Shown here: one piece after another, positions 46,071 through 55,281 of the stretch
Layout: each line of letters opens with the position of its first letter
How positions within the stretch are numbered: the first letter of the stretch is position 1
IMG/VR virus record: IMGVR_UViG_3300031703_000599
Coordinates: 34,609-98,608 of that record
Length of the DNA stretch: 64,000 bases
Direction: 5' to 3' (one strand)
From: a virus
Notes under the pieces: generated by a model
Seen by the model: only the letters and a program-made list of their open reading frames with translations
Databases searched by the model: none
Told to the model about the DNA's origin: nothing
Position numbers and translations under genes: made by a program

Positions 46071-46551
46071 TATTTACTTTCTCCTGGCTAATATTTTCTG
46101 GACGCGGCTTAGGTCTTGGTTCACCCCAGCCTGCTTGTGCTTCGTCACCTATCTTACCCAGGTATGGACAAGGAGTGCCTGCCATTTCCATTGCATCAAA
46201 TACTCGTTCATCTTGACACATAATACTAACAGCAGCGACCTTCATGCCCATGTCGTACATTGTCTTTGCTAGCTTTAAACGTTCACAGTTTTTATCTGTT
46301 GTAGTTGTGCCTGCACTAATGCCCAGTATTTGTGTTTGTACTGCGCCGCTGGTTCCTACTACGCATAAATCAGCATTACTTCCGTTAATGCTTGGACTAA
46401 TTGCGCTAGGTGGTGGGCTTTTTACTGTTGTTTTGTTTGTGCCGCTTGTCGTTACTGTGCTGTTGCTAGTTGAATCTGTTACAATTGGTTCTGCTAAAGC
46501 AAGAGTAGATCCCATTAGTAAGACAAGCATTATTGTTATAAATTGTTTCAT
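46006..46551 (-). CDS. exported Cys-containing protein with C-terminal membrane anchor
   Basis: Signal peptide; SPPPSAISP, CERLKL, CQDxRV, GTPCP; hydrophobic C-terminus. Confidence 0.75.
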   Translation of the reverse strand: MKQFITIMLVLLMGSTLALAEPIVTDSTSNSTVTTSGTNKTTVKSPPPSAISPSINGSNADLCVVGTSGAVQTQILGISAGTTTTDKNCERLKLAKTMYDMGMKVAAVSIMCQDERVFDAMEMAGTPCPYLGKIGDEAQAGWGEPRPKPRPENISQEKVNNENNNDLLKAGGSLLLFLLFL

Positions 46552-46583
46552 GTGAGCATACTCCTAATTAAGCTGTATGTTAA

Positions 46584-46590
46584 TATTTAT
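46584..46590 (-). promoter_or_regulatory. putative T4-like late promoter
   Basis: ATAAATA upstream of the AGGAG RBS of the three-gene exported module. Confidence 0.45.
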
Positions 46591-46630
46591 GCAAATGAAC
46601 AAAAAAAGAGGCCTTAGAATTAATAGTCAT

Positions 46631-46657
46631 AAAAAAGGAAGCATTGCTGCTCCCTTT
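46631..46657 (-). terminator. intrinsic terminator
   Basis: GGGAGCA-GCAA-TGCTTCC hairpin followed by a T run, just after ORF 46670. Confidence 0.7.
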
Positions 46658-46669
46658 AATTTATTCTAA

Positions 46670-47866
46670 TTAAATGCCCATTGTTGTTTCTATAACAGTT
46701 GTTGTTTTATTGTTATCAATTGTAATGTAATCAGTATTGCTATCTTCTCTTACAATATCTACAGTGTTACAATGGTGTCCGCCATCCCAAAAGTATCTAT
46801 GTCTAAACGGAACAAAGTGTGCTGTAACATTGTGCTTGTCCTGTAATAGACTGTACAGTTCTTCGTTGTACCCGTTTAGTATAACATTCTGTTGATCAAT
46901 ACTAAATGCGTTAACGTCTATAATATTCTCACCCACAAACGGAACCCATTGCTCTATCCAGTTACGGGCGTATTCTACATGCTTGTTGTCTAATACTCCA
47001 CCTTGGTACCATGCGTTGCCAAACTCTGCTTTAGTCTGAGCATGGCCTAGCAATGCGTTTTTCTCTTTCATTGCTAAGTTGCCCTGGTTTGGTAATACAA
47101 TCACATCCCAATTAGGATATGTTGTATCATAGTTTGGTAAATCTTGTAGTGTAAGTATTAGTCCTTGCTTTAGTGTGCTGAACCTTCCATCTTTCATTCC
47201 ACCATTTGTTGTCGCATGATGTATTGTTTTGTGTGCCCATTCAGTCTCAGACCAATCCTTGATCATATGAGGCAATGACTCAATGTTTAGAATATTGCCG
47301 CACTTGTTGATACTTGCTGTAGGATATAAATGTGTTCTAATCTTTCTATCTGCGTCACTCTTTTGATATGGATGCATTATATTCTTTTTAGTTAGCTCGT
47401 CACTTGATACTTCGTTGTGACTCCACCAGTTAGCATATTCTTCTTGTGTTAAGTTTAATTGTATATCTGGATTGTTATAAGGATCAAATATGTTTGCGCC
47501 TGCGGCTTTGTATTTGTCAAACAATGCATCGTAACTTGGGTCATTTGCAAATCTATATAGTACATCGCCTAACGCTATATAATTATCACGTGGACTTAAA
47601 GGTGGACGAGGGATTTCCATATTGTGTGCTAACATACGCTTGGCATCATTGCTTGTTAATACAATATCAGGCTGTTCTATTTCAACACCAAATCCTTCAA
47701 TCTTACTCTTAAATGTTTCTAGGTCTTCATTAGTTTCTTCGCATATACGCTGAGTTAACTGACGTGCTTCCTTGTTCTTAATATAATCAAAGAACTCTGG
47801 AGGGTAACATTTGCCTACCCATGTCTTCTTTAATGGTGCAAATGCTGTGTTTGTATTAACTAACAT
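46670..47866 (-). CDS. amidinotransferase-like (pentein fold) protein
   Basis: PLKxxxVG, PRD, DVN, FWDGGHHCNTVD; likely start MLVNTN. Confidence 0.7.
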   Translation of the reverse strand: MLVNTNTAFAPLKKTWVGKCYPPEFFDYIKNKEARQLTQRICEETNEDLETFKSKIEGFGVEIEQPDIVLTSNDAKRMLAHNMEIPRPPLSPRDNYIALGDVLYRFANDPSYDALFDKYKAAGANIFDPYNNPDIQLNLTQEEYANWWSHNEVSSDELTKKNIMHPYQKSDADRKIRTHLYPTASINKCGNILNIESLPHMIKDWSETEWAHKTIHHATTNGGMKDGRFSTLKQGLILTLQDLPNYDTTYPNWDVIVLPNQGNLAMKEKNALLGHAQTKAEFGNAWYQGGVLDNKHVEYARNWIEQWVPFVGENIIDVNAFSIDQQNVILNGYNEELYSLLQDKHNVTAHFVPFRHRYFWDGGHHCNTVDIVREDSNTDYITIDNNKTTTVIETTMGI

Positions 47867-48455
47867 GAGGTTGCTTCTTCCTTTGTTCTGATAGCACTGA
47901 TGCAAACAATTCGCTGTCACACACTTCAAATCCAACCAATGGCAATATAGATAACAATCTGTGTGGTGTTGCGTATAGCAATTCATTAATTGACAATTCT
48001 ATAAACTTTGTATCGTTGTATCGCAATGAATGCCTACCCAGGCTTGCACTGACTTTCATACTGTTCCATCGTTCTTCTGTTAGTTTTACAATAGCATTTT
48101 CCCATGCTACATTATATTCAGTGTCAGTGGTCCGTGTAATTAGAATAAGTCTATCTTGTGGTTGCATGTTAGCAAGTGTTTGCTGTATGCAATCATCTAC
48201 GCTGTGAGTATCATCAACTGGCCAACCTGCCCATATCTTATATCCCCATTCAGGAAACTCTCTATCTTTTAAAAATGTGTTAACACTGCTGATGCTTTCT
48301 ATTGCACATAGACTTGCATATGCATGACTACTTCCGTTGTCTGTTAATGGATTGTCAATTACATCTGCACGTACTGTATTAAAGCGTTCTAGCATCCACG
48401 ATACAAAACTACCCATTGCACCAGGTACATAGAATATTACAATATTACTATTCAT
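47856..48455 (-). CDS. hypothetical protein (possible sulfotransferase-like P-loop)
   Basis: IFYVPGAMGSF...GSSH. Confidence 0.5.
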   Translation of the reverse strand: MNSNIVIFYVPGAMGSFVSWMLERFNTVRADVIDNPLTDNGSSHAYASLCAIESISSVNTFLKDREFPEWGYKIWAGWPVDDTHSVDDCIQQTLANMQPQDRLILITRTTDTEYNVAWENAIVKLTEERWNSMKVSASLGRHSLRYNDTKFIELSINELLYATPHRLLSILPLVGFEVCDSELFASVLSEQRKKQPHVS

Positions 48456-48651
48456 CTTGTCCCCATGTGTTGAGATTCCATAATCTCTCATGGAAGTAGA
48501 ATATAATAGTATTAAATGTTAATTGAATAAATGCTATTGCACTACTTGTAGCAATGTCGCCAAGGATGGCCCAGCTGATTAAGAATGTACAGAGTGTTCC
48601 AGTAATTCTCCAACTAATAGTCTTTAGTATACTTCTAACTTTACTATCCAT
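48448..48651 (-). CDS. DUF2061-like small membrane protein
   Basis: RSILKTISWR...YFHERLW. Confidence 0.8.
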   Translation of the reverse strand: MDSKVRSILKTISWRITGTLCTFLISWAILGDIATSSAIAFIQLTFNTIIFYFHERLWNLNTWGQDE

Positions 48652-49168
48652 TCTTGCTCCACTCTGCGTATAGTCTGCCGTACTTGTCTTCGTCTATGAA
48701 GTCTACAGCGAATCCAAATTGTTCAGCAAATTTGTAATGCTCTTGTTCTGTCCACGGATAGTAAGGAATCATGTTTACCATTTCGTGCTGGTGATCTCTT
48801 ACGCCAGTATTAGTTCTCCAATATATCCTACATTGTGGTGTTAACAAACTTACTACTTTAGTAATTTGTCTTACCATATCTGCGTGGGTTCCGTATTGTA
48901 TACTACCCAAGCATAAAGACACATTGAACAACTCTAGAGGGTTATACGACTCTATGTCTGTTATAACGTCTGCGTTGTTGTTAATAATATCAATGCCAGT
49001 TAAGTTATTGATAATTGATTTAAATTCATTATTGCCGCATCCAACATCAATTACTCTTTCATGTGGAGTAATCTTATCAGCAATTGATTCATTTGAATAT
49101 CTATATTCGGACAGTCTACTTGTCCAATGTTTTCCAAAATATTCTTTGACTATTGCTTTAGTGTCCAT
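48644..49168 (-). CDS. class I SAM-dependent methyltransferase
   Basis: VIDVGCG, GID, CLGSI. Confidence 0.75.
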   Translation of the reverse strand: MDTKAIVKEYFGKHWTSRLSEYRYSNESIADKITPHERVIDVGCGNNEFKSIINNLTGIDIINNNADVITDIESYNPLELFNVSLCLGSIQYGTHADMVRQITKVVSLLTPQCRIYWRTNTGVRDHQHEMVNMIPYYPWTEQEHYKFAEQFGFAVDFIDEDKYGRLYAEWSKNG

Positions 49169-49189
49169 GCATCAATTCTCTCTATAAAT

Positions 49190-49214
49190 GCACGTCCTAG
49201 ATTCTAGGACGTGC
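49190..49214. other. perfect intergenic inverted repeat
   Basis: GCACGTCCTAG-ATT-CTAGGACGTGC downstream of tctC; mRNA stabiliser or terminator. Confidence 0.7.
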
Positions 49215-49226
49215 TATAGTGTTATA

Positions 49227-50276
49227 TTACTGTGCTACAATTTCTGGCTTGTATGCTGAATCATAACCTAGTGACTCATTTTGGAATTTCAACATAGTAC
49301 GTAATGCATTCTCTGTTGTGAATGACAAAATGTTGTCTCGGTTGTTATCGCCATCTGCGCCGATTGCCCATTCATAGTTGCCAACTTTCTTAGCAATTGC
49401 TGCAATGGAGTCTGGGTTTTGTGACATAGCTGTTAGTGCTGCTACTAGTTTTGCACGGTCCGGTGAACCCTTCTTAATCCAAAGTGCTTTCTGCATACCA
49501 TCACGGAATGACTTAGATAGCTTGTATCCATCATAGAAGTCTCCACTTGGTGCTACGCCCCACTTCTGTTCAAACAACATCTCAAACTGCAATCCAGGAT
49601 GATTTGGATCATCTGCGTGTGATCCATCTGCTGCTAATAGTCCGTGTGTAAACCATACTTCTGATGATTCATCTTTAGCTACGTGCTTCTTGTATGCTGC
49701 AGGGTTCTCACGTGTATGAGTAAGTTCATTACGTGTGTATGCTAGGCGCCCTGCGCCCTGTTGCATTCCCTTTACCCAAGTAACATTGTCTGAAAAACAA
49801 GATGCATAGTCGTCAGCGGCGCCATCTGGTCCACACACTAGCATCATTATTGCCATCATTTCTGGCAAACGAGCTGAGTCTGCTGCCATTCTAATGTTGT
49901 TGTCTGATGCACCAATCTTACGACCAGTTACAATAGTCAAATTCATCATGCCAATTGAATCATAATCACCGTATTTGTAATCGACTGCATCTAGTAAATA
50001 CTTTAGGGCGTTGCCGCCATTAGAAACCATTACAGTTTTTTCATTATCTTGTAGTCCATTATGGAACTTGTTAAAAGCCAACAAACTACGTCCACCTGGG
50101 ATGTGTTGAATTGTGATTTTCTCTCCATCTAAGAATTTCTCTAGTTCTGCAGCTACAATTGCTGTCCATACTGCTGTGCCGCCGCCTGGCTTCTGCGGTA
50201 CGATAAACGTATAATCCGCTACTGCTGTTGTTGCAAGCATCATGCTTGCGATAATACTAAGTAAAATCTTTTTCAT
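49227..50276 (-). CDS. tctC: tripartite tricarboxylate transporter substrate-binding protein (Bug/TctC-like)
   Basis: Signal peptide; FIVPQKPGGGT, HIPGG; adjacent to tctA. Confidence 0.75.
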   Translation of the reverse strand: MKKILLSIIASMMLATTAVADYTFIVPQKPGGGTAVWTAIVAAELEKFLDGEKITIQHIPGGRSLLAFNKFHNGLQDNEKTVMVSNGGNALKYLLDAVDYKYGDYDSIGMMNLTIVTGRKIGASDNNIRMAADSARLPEMMAIMMLVCGPDGAADDYASCFSDNVTWVKGMQQGAGRLAYTRNELTHTRENPAAYKKHVAKDESSEVWFTHGLLAADGSHADDPNHPGLQFEMLFEQKWGVAPSGDFYDGYKLSKSFRDGMQKALWIKKGSPDRAKLVAALTAMSQNPDSIAAIAKKVGNYEWAIGADGDNNRDNILSFTTENALRTMLKFQNESLGYDSAYKPEIVAQ

Positions 50277-50308
50277 TATATTTCTCCATAAGTTTATATA
50301 ATATTTGT

Positions 50309-51802
50309 TTACACAAAATCAATTCGTGCTTTGTTGTAAAATAGTCCCCATATCAGTGCTGCAATTGCTGCTACTGCAAAGAACAATGGTAGTGGATTGA
50401 ATACAATGTCCTGCCATCCATAACCGAATGTATTGAACTGTATCCAACTTGATTCTATTCTTGCACTAAGAATATAACCGATTAAGAAACTAACACGTGA
50501 AAACTTTAAGTATTTCATTGTTAGACCTACTAACATACATATACCCAATACAACATAGTCTTCAATGAAGCCTGTGTACTGTACTGATGCCCACACCAAT
50601 GACGCTAAGATAGGCCAGAAGTAATAAGCAAACGGTATATTAGTAATGTATACTGCATACCTGATGAATCCATAAGCAACTGGAAGAATGATTAACAAAC
50701 TCCACATATAACTGCTTAGTAATACATCAAAGAATCTTTCATCTTGCAGGACGTCCACTGTACCTAGCTCTAAGCCAACGTACATAAACAATCCCATAAT
50801 TATAACTTCAAACGATGCACCTGGAATACCAAACAAGATTGTTGGCACATAACTGGTTGCTTTCTGAGCATTATTTGCTCCTTCGCATCCAATTACACCT
50901 CGTACATTTCCTTGTCCTACAGTGTCGCCGTCCTTGCTAGCAGCTGCAACTGTTTGACTGTAAGCAAACCAGTCTGCAATTGCTCCGCCAATACCTGGGA
51001 TTAATCCAACAAACGCTCCAATAAAGCCTCCTCGTAATCCATCCCATCTGTATATCCAACTATCTTTTATACCCTGTATTAGCTGTTCTTTGATATTGTC
51101 TGCATCTAGTTTTACTGTTTCGTATCGTGTACGGAATGCACTTAGTAGTTCTGGAAACGCTAACAATCCTGCCATAACAGGAATCATTTGCACTCCATCT
51201 GCTAGATATATCCATGGTTCCCACATAAGTGATCCATCCACTATGCTAGGCATTATGGTTGTCCATCGCAGTGTTCCATCATCTGGATCTAATCCAATAT
51301 GACCCACACATACGCCTAATACTAGTGCAATTGCACCTCTAACAAAATACTTACTACTAATGAATACCACACAGGTCATTGCAAATATCAAGAAGGTAAA
51401 CATTTCTGCTGTGCCAAAGTATAATATGATTTTAGTATAGTATGGAAGAAAGAGGAACACCAGTAAGCCCCATATAACTCCATTGACCCAGCTGGTACTA
51501 ATTGCTGCACTTAATGCTCTTGGTGCTTCGCCTCGCCTGGTCATGGGAAATCCATCTACCATTGTGGCAGCGGCACTGCCTGCGCCTGGTATATTCATTA
51601 CAATAGCAGCAAAGCTGTCGCCGATGCTACTTGTAACTACAATTGCTGTTGTAAATACAACTAACATGTATGGATCTTCGAAATAACCAACAAACCCATA
51701 TATAGCAATTAGTCCTACTGTTGCGCCTGCTACTGGAACTAAGCCTATAAAGAATCCATAGACACATCCCATTAACAAAACAATAATATATGATTCAAAC
51801 AT
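50309..51802 (-). CDS. tctA: tripartite tricarboxylate transporter large permease
   Basis: NIPG...DGFPMTRRG, GLIPGIGG, EGANNA, LFGIPG. Confidence 0.9.
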   Translation of the reverse strand: MFESYIIVLLMGCVYGFFIGLVPVAGATVGLIAIYGFVGYFEDPYMLVVFTTAIVVTSSIGDSFAAIVMNIPGAGSAAATMVDGFPMTRRGEAPRALSAAISTSWVNGVIWGLLVFLFLPYYTKIILYFGTAEMFTFLIFAMTCVVFISSKYFVRGAIALVLGVCVGHIGLDPDDGTLRWTTIMPSIVDGSLMWEPWIYLADGVQMIPVMAGLLAFPELLSAFRTRYETVKLDADNIKEQLIQGIKDSWIYRWDGLRGGFIGAFVGLIPGIGGAIADWFAYSQTVAAASKDGDTVGQGNVRGVIGCEGANNAQKATSYVPTILFGIPGASFEVIIMGLFMYVGLELGTVDVLQDERFFDVLLSSYMWSLLIILPVAYGFIRYAVYITNIPFAYYFWPILASLVWASVQYTGFIEDYVVLGICMLVGLTMKYLKFSRVSFLIGYILSARIESSWIQFNTFGYGWQDIVFNPLPLFFAVAAIAALIWGLFYNKARIDFV

Positions 51803-51979
51803 TTTTACGCCTTAAAATAACTAATTGCAATGATGAATATGTGCTCGGCACTAGGTAAACATCATTGATGTCTCAACTATGAACCGCTTGCACTCGCTGT
51901 GGTTATGTTAGGAAGGAAGGAAGTTAGAAACCATATGCTCATATGGTTAACTTGCTACTTGTATTTATCTATATAGTAT

Positions 51980-52008
51980 ATTATACTATGCTATATGTGG
52001 GATGTCAA
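51980..52008 (-). promoter_or_regulatory. sigma70-type promoter for tctA-tctC with long structured leader
   Basis: TTGACA-N17-TATAAT; ATAAATA also at 51962-51968. Confidence 0.65.
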
Positions 52009-52028
52009 GTTTTATTGTGTGTGTTTTA

Positions 52029-52907
52029 TCATTTATAGTCTCGCCATCTGTCATGCCGTTTATTATGTGCCTGTATTGTTCTATCTATTACAATTGCCAA
52101 GGCAACAATGGATAGTCCACTAATTACTCCAAGCCCAAGATATCCGTTGCCAATTGCGTTCATGACTTGCGAACCTAGTCCTCGCACTCCGATCATTGAT
52201 GCAATAACAACCATTGCTAATGCCATCATGACTGTTTGATTTATTCCACCGAGTATAACATTACGTGCAAGTGGTAATTCTATCAGTGCTAAAATATGCA
52301 TAGGTTTTAATCCCAATGCATGACCTGTTTCAACTAAGTCTTGATTAATTTCTCTAATGCCCAGGTTTGTAAATCTAATCACTGGTGGAATAGCAAATAT
52401 ACATATAGCAATTAAGCCAGGTACTTTGCCTAATCCAAATAACATTATTACTGGAATTAGATATACAAAACTAGGAATGGTTTGCATTAAATCTAGTATA
52501 GGTAGGATTATTCGTTGTGCTATTTTCTTCTTTGCCATTAGTATGCCAGTTGGTATACCAATAACTATACAAACAAATGTACTCACAACAACAATGGCAA
52601 GGGTACGCATAGTATCGTCCCACATGCCAACTAATCCAATCAATATGAAACTAGATATAAATCCTACAATCAGTTTCCAACTTCTCGCTACTTGCCAAAG
52701 CAATACACTTGATAGTATTAAAAATACATACCAAGGTGTAATAAGCAATAAGTTTTCAAACTGTATTAGTATCCATTGAAGTGGGGAGAGAAGTTCTGTT
52801 AACGACTCTCCCCAATTACTAGCAAACTCTCTAAATGTCGCATCGATTGACTTTTTTAAACTAGTTATAGTTTCCCTACCTAACGACGGAAAGTTTGCTT
52901 GTTTCAT
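52029..52907 (-). CDS. proW: glycine betaine/proline-type ABC permease
   Basis: LDLMQTIPSFVYLIP, IELPLA...GINQTVMMALAMVVIASMIG. Confidence 0.92.
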   Translation of the reverse strand: MKQANFPSLGRETITSLKKSIDATFREFASNWGESLTELLSPLQWILIQFENLLLITPWYVFLILSSVLLWQVARSWKLIVGFISSFILIGLVGMWDDTMRTLAIVVVSTFVCIVIGIPTGILMAKKKIAQRIILPILDLMQTIPSFVYLIPVIMLFGLGKVPGLIAICIFAIPPVIRFTNLGIREINQDLVETGHALGLKPMHILALIELPLARNVILGGINQTVMMALAMVVIASMIGVRGLGSQVMNAIGNGYLGLGVISGLSIVALAIVIDRTIQAHNKRHDRWRDYK

Positions 52908-52908
52908 T

Positions 52909-53913
52909 CTAGTTCAACGTTGCTTTAATTTTAGTAGCAATATGGTCTGGGACCCATGTTGTCCAAAGTTCTGGATGTAGCGTTAAGAACTCAACTGCGG
53001 CATCTTCTGCTGTTGCTTGATTATCATCTGACCAAACTAACATTTCTGTTACTACACTGCCATCCAATGACCGTGCTGTTAGATAACTAATTACATCAGC
53101 ATCAAGTCCAGGTGTAACAATAGTTCCTGTTTCTGCTAATGGAAAACTTGAGGGCTGCGGATTGGCGCATTCTTCTGGTGCAACTGAGATACAATCAACC
53201 CAATTACTATCACCTGCGTATCCGATTTCAGAAACAATTGACTTTAGTCCTAAACGACCTACTAATACAGTTGGTGTCCAGTAATAACCAAATGCTGGTT
53301 GTCCTTTGACTACGGCGCCTTCCCAGTATGCATTAAGTCCTGCACCTGAACCTGGGTCTAATAACTTCCAGCCCTTTGCTTCCATGTCGAATGCTACAAA
53401 CAAATTGTCATTGTGCTTTTTACATGACCATCCTTCTGGACAAACTACAATTCCACCTTTAGAAGAATCTTCTGGGTGTGGAAATAAATCTGGTCGTGCT
53501 AATACATCTTCAACTGTATTAAGTCCGAATTCAGTCGAAACATAATTTGGAATATACCATCCTTCTCCTGCACCAACTACTACTTCATCCCTTACTTGAA
53601 TAAGCGTTCCGTTTGCGATGTATTCTTGTGCTGAATCACCAAGTAATGATGTCCATGCTTCGCCAAATATGTTAGGTGAACCAGTTGCCATCATTGATTG
53701 AATTGTTGCGTCAATTCCACCTGGGATTAACTCTACATCATGTCCATATCCATTGGTTAAGATATACGCATCGATGTTCGCAATCATTGACCCTGATTGC
53801 CAATTTAATTCAGCAATTTTAATTTCATCAGCATGTGCAGCGTTGCCAGTTAATGCAAGCATGATTGCTGTCGTGCTCAAGAAACGTGTTATGTGTTTAC
53901 TAGTCATTTTCAT
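52909..53913 (-). CDS. proX: glycine betaine/proline-type ABC substrate-binding protein
   Basis: Signal peptide; NWQS, EGWYIP, CPEGWSC, GYYWTP, WTTWVP. Confidence 0.85.
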   Translation of the reverse strand: MKMTSKHITRFLSTTAIMLALTGNAAHADEIKIAELNWQSGSMIANIDAYILTNGYGHDVELIPGGIDATIQSMMATGSPNIFGEAWTSLLGDSAQEYIANGTLIQVRDEVVVGAGEGWYIPNYVSTEFGLNTVEDVLARPDLFPHPEDSSKGGIVVCPEGWSCKKHNDNLFVAFDMEAKGWKLLDPGSGAGLNAYWEGAVVKGQPAFGYYWTPTVLVGRLGLKSIVSEIGYAGDSNWVDCISVAPEECANPQPSSFPLAETGTIVTPGLDADVISYLTARSLDGSVVTEMLVWSDDNQATAEDAAVEFLTLHPELWTTWVPDHIATKIKATLN

Positions 53914-53972
53914 TATATCTCCATTGATATTGATATTATAGTTTATTTTACTTATATAATATAAGTGTATTC

Positions 53973-54001
53973 ATTGTAACATATATAACATATGTTGTCA
54001 A
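53973..54001 (-). promoter_or_regulatory. sigma70-type promoter for proX-proW
   Basis: TTGACA-N17-TACAAT, TG-extended. Confidence 0.6.
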
Positions 54002-54013
54002 TTCAAAATTAAG

Positions 54014-54595
54014 TTATTTCTTCTTAAATATAGTCATAACATGATATTTTTGGCCCTCATCTATTGTGACTAACGATTTAATAATTTCTTCAGAAACTAT
54101 TTCTAGATAGGTCTGATCTCTCCAGCCCATTAACTGTAACGGGTCTTCTTTGTCAACAATTGATACTGAGGCAATCAGTAGTCCATCATCCTCTAATGAT
54201 TCTGCAAACATCTTAGCACTACTTGAATGTATATGAGATTTATTAAAAGCACCTATGACTGTTATGCATCTGTACTTTTTGGGTAACGGATTATTGTTCA
54301 TATCATGTAATGTCGTAGAACGGTAATTGACAGATTCAAATGTGTTTAACATCTTAGGATTAATATCATATCCATCAATTACATAATCTTTGTTGTTAAA
54401 TCCTATTCCAATTTGTCCGTTGCCACACGCAACATCTGCCATTTCGGTTCCATGTTCAAAATTATCTCTTACCCAGTTGTTCGCATAAGCAATAGGACCG
54501 TCCATCCAACCTGCTTCAATACACCATTTATTATAATCCCAATCTTTATATAATTCGTCCACACTTATATCTAATACATTTTTAAGCCAACTCAT
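54014..54595 (-). CDS. class I SAM-dependent methyltransferase
   Basis: ADVACGNG, DGYDINPKML. Confidence 0.8.
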   Translation of the reverse strand: MSWLKNVLDISVDELYKDWDYNKWCIEAGWMDGPIAYANNWVRDNFEHGTEMADVACGNGQIGIGFNNKDYVIDGYDINPKMLNTFESVNYRSTTLHDMNNNPLPKKYRCITVIGAFNKSHIHSSSAKMFAESLEDDGLLIASVSIVDKEDPLQLMGWRDQTYLEIVSEEIIKSLVTIDEGQKYHVMTIFKKK

Positions 54596-55281
54596 TTGTA
54601 ATACTCCACCTTTTCATTTATATTCTGTCTTTCTGTTCTATACTGATTAATACTACTAGTAGTATCTTCATATCCCATGCTCATGCCACAAAGGACTATC
54701 TTGTCTTTATATTCTGGAAATTCTTCTCTTACAATATCAGCATACTCTCCAAGTGAACCCTGCGAACAGGTTGCAAGTCCATTTTCAACTGCTAACAACA
54801 TAATAGATTGTAGGAACATCCCATAGTCTAAATACGAACCTTTGCCCAGTTCTTTGTCAATGAAGAATAATAACATTACGGGCGCATCAAACCCTCTGTA
54901 ATTTTTAGCATATAGTTCGTCTTTACGCTCTATCATTTCTCTAGTAATGCCTAGTTGTGAATATAATGCTAATCCACATGCTTTTCTATTTTCTTTATAC
55001 TTACCAAACCATTTAGTATCCTTTTCAGACTTTTTATCCTGTGGATAATATTCATAATCCATTACAGGTTGCTTACCTGAAATAAATGCATTTTCTAATT
55101 TAGCACATAAATTATTTTTCGCACCACCAGTCAACACTGCTACTTGCCAAGGCTGATGATTATCTCCACTAGGAGATAACATTGATTGTTCTAATATGTG
55201 TTTGACAATAGATATGTCTACTTCCTTATCCAAGTACGCACGTATTGATTTACGTTTTTCTACTGCGTCGCTAACAATCAT
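54592..55281 (-). CDS. nitroreductase family flavoprotein
   Basis: RKSIRAY, SPSGDNHQPW, DYGMFLQSIMLLA, GMSMGY. Confidence 0.92.
   Translation of the reverse strand: MIVSDAVEKRKSIRAYLDKEVDISIVKHILEQSMLSPSGDNHQPWQVAVLTGGAKNNLCAKLENAFISGKQPVMDYEYYPQDKKSEKDTKWFGKYKENRKACGLALYSQLGITREMIERKDELYAKNYRGFDAPVMLLFFIDKELGKGSYLDYGMFLQSIMLLAVENGLATCSQGSLGEYADIVREEFPEYKDKIVLCGMSMGYEDTTSSINQYRTERQNINEKVEYYK

Noticed and set aside
46670-47866. Amidinotransferase as the archaeosine (dG+) synthase
   Set aside because: Known G+ synthases are ArcS, QueF-like or GAT-QueC, not pentein-fold; the gene is 13 kb from dpdA and in another operon
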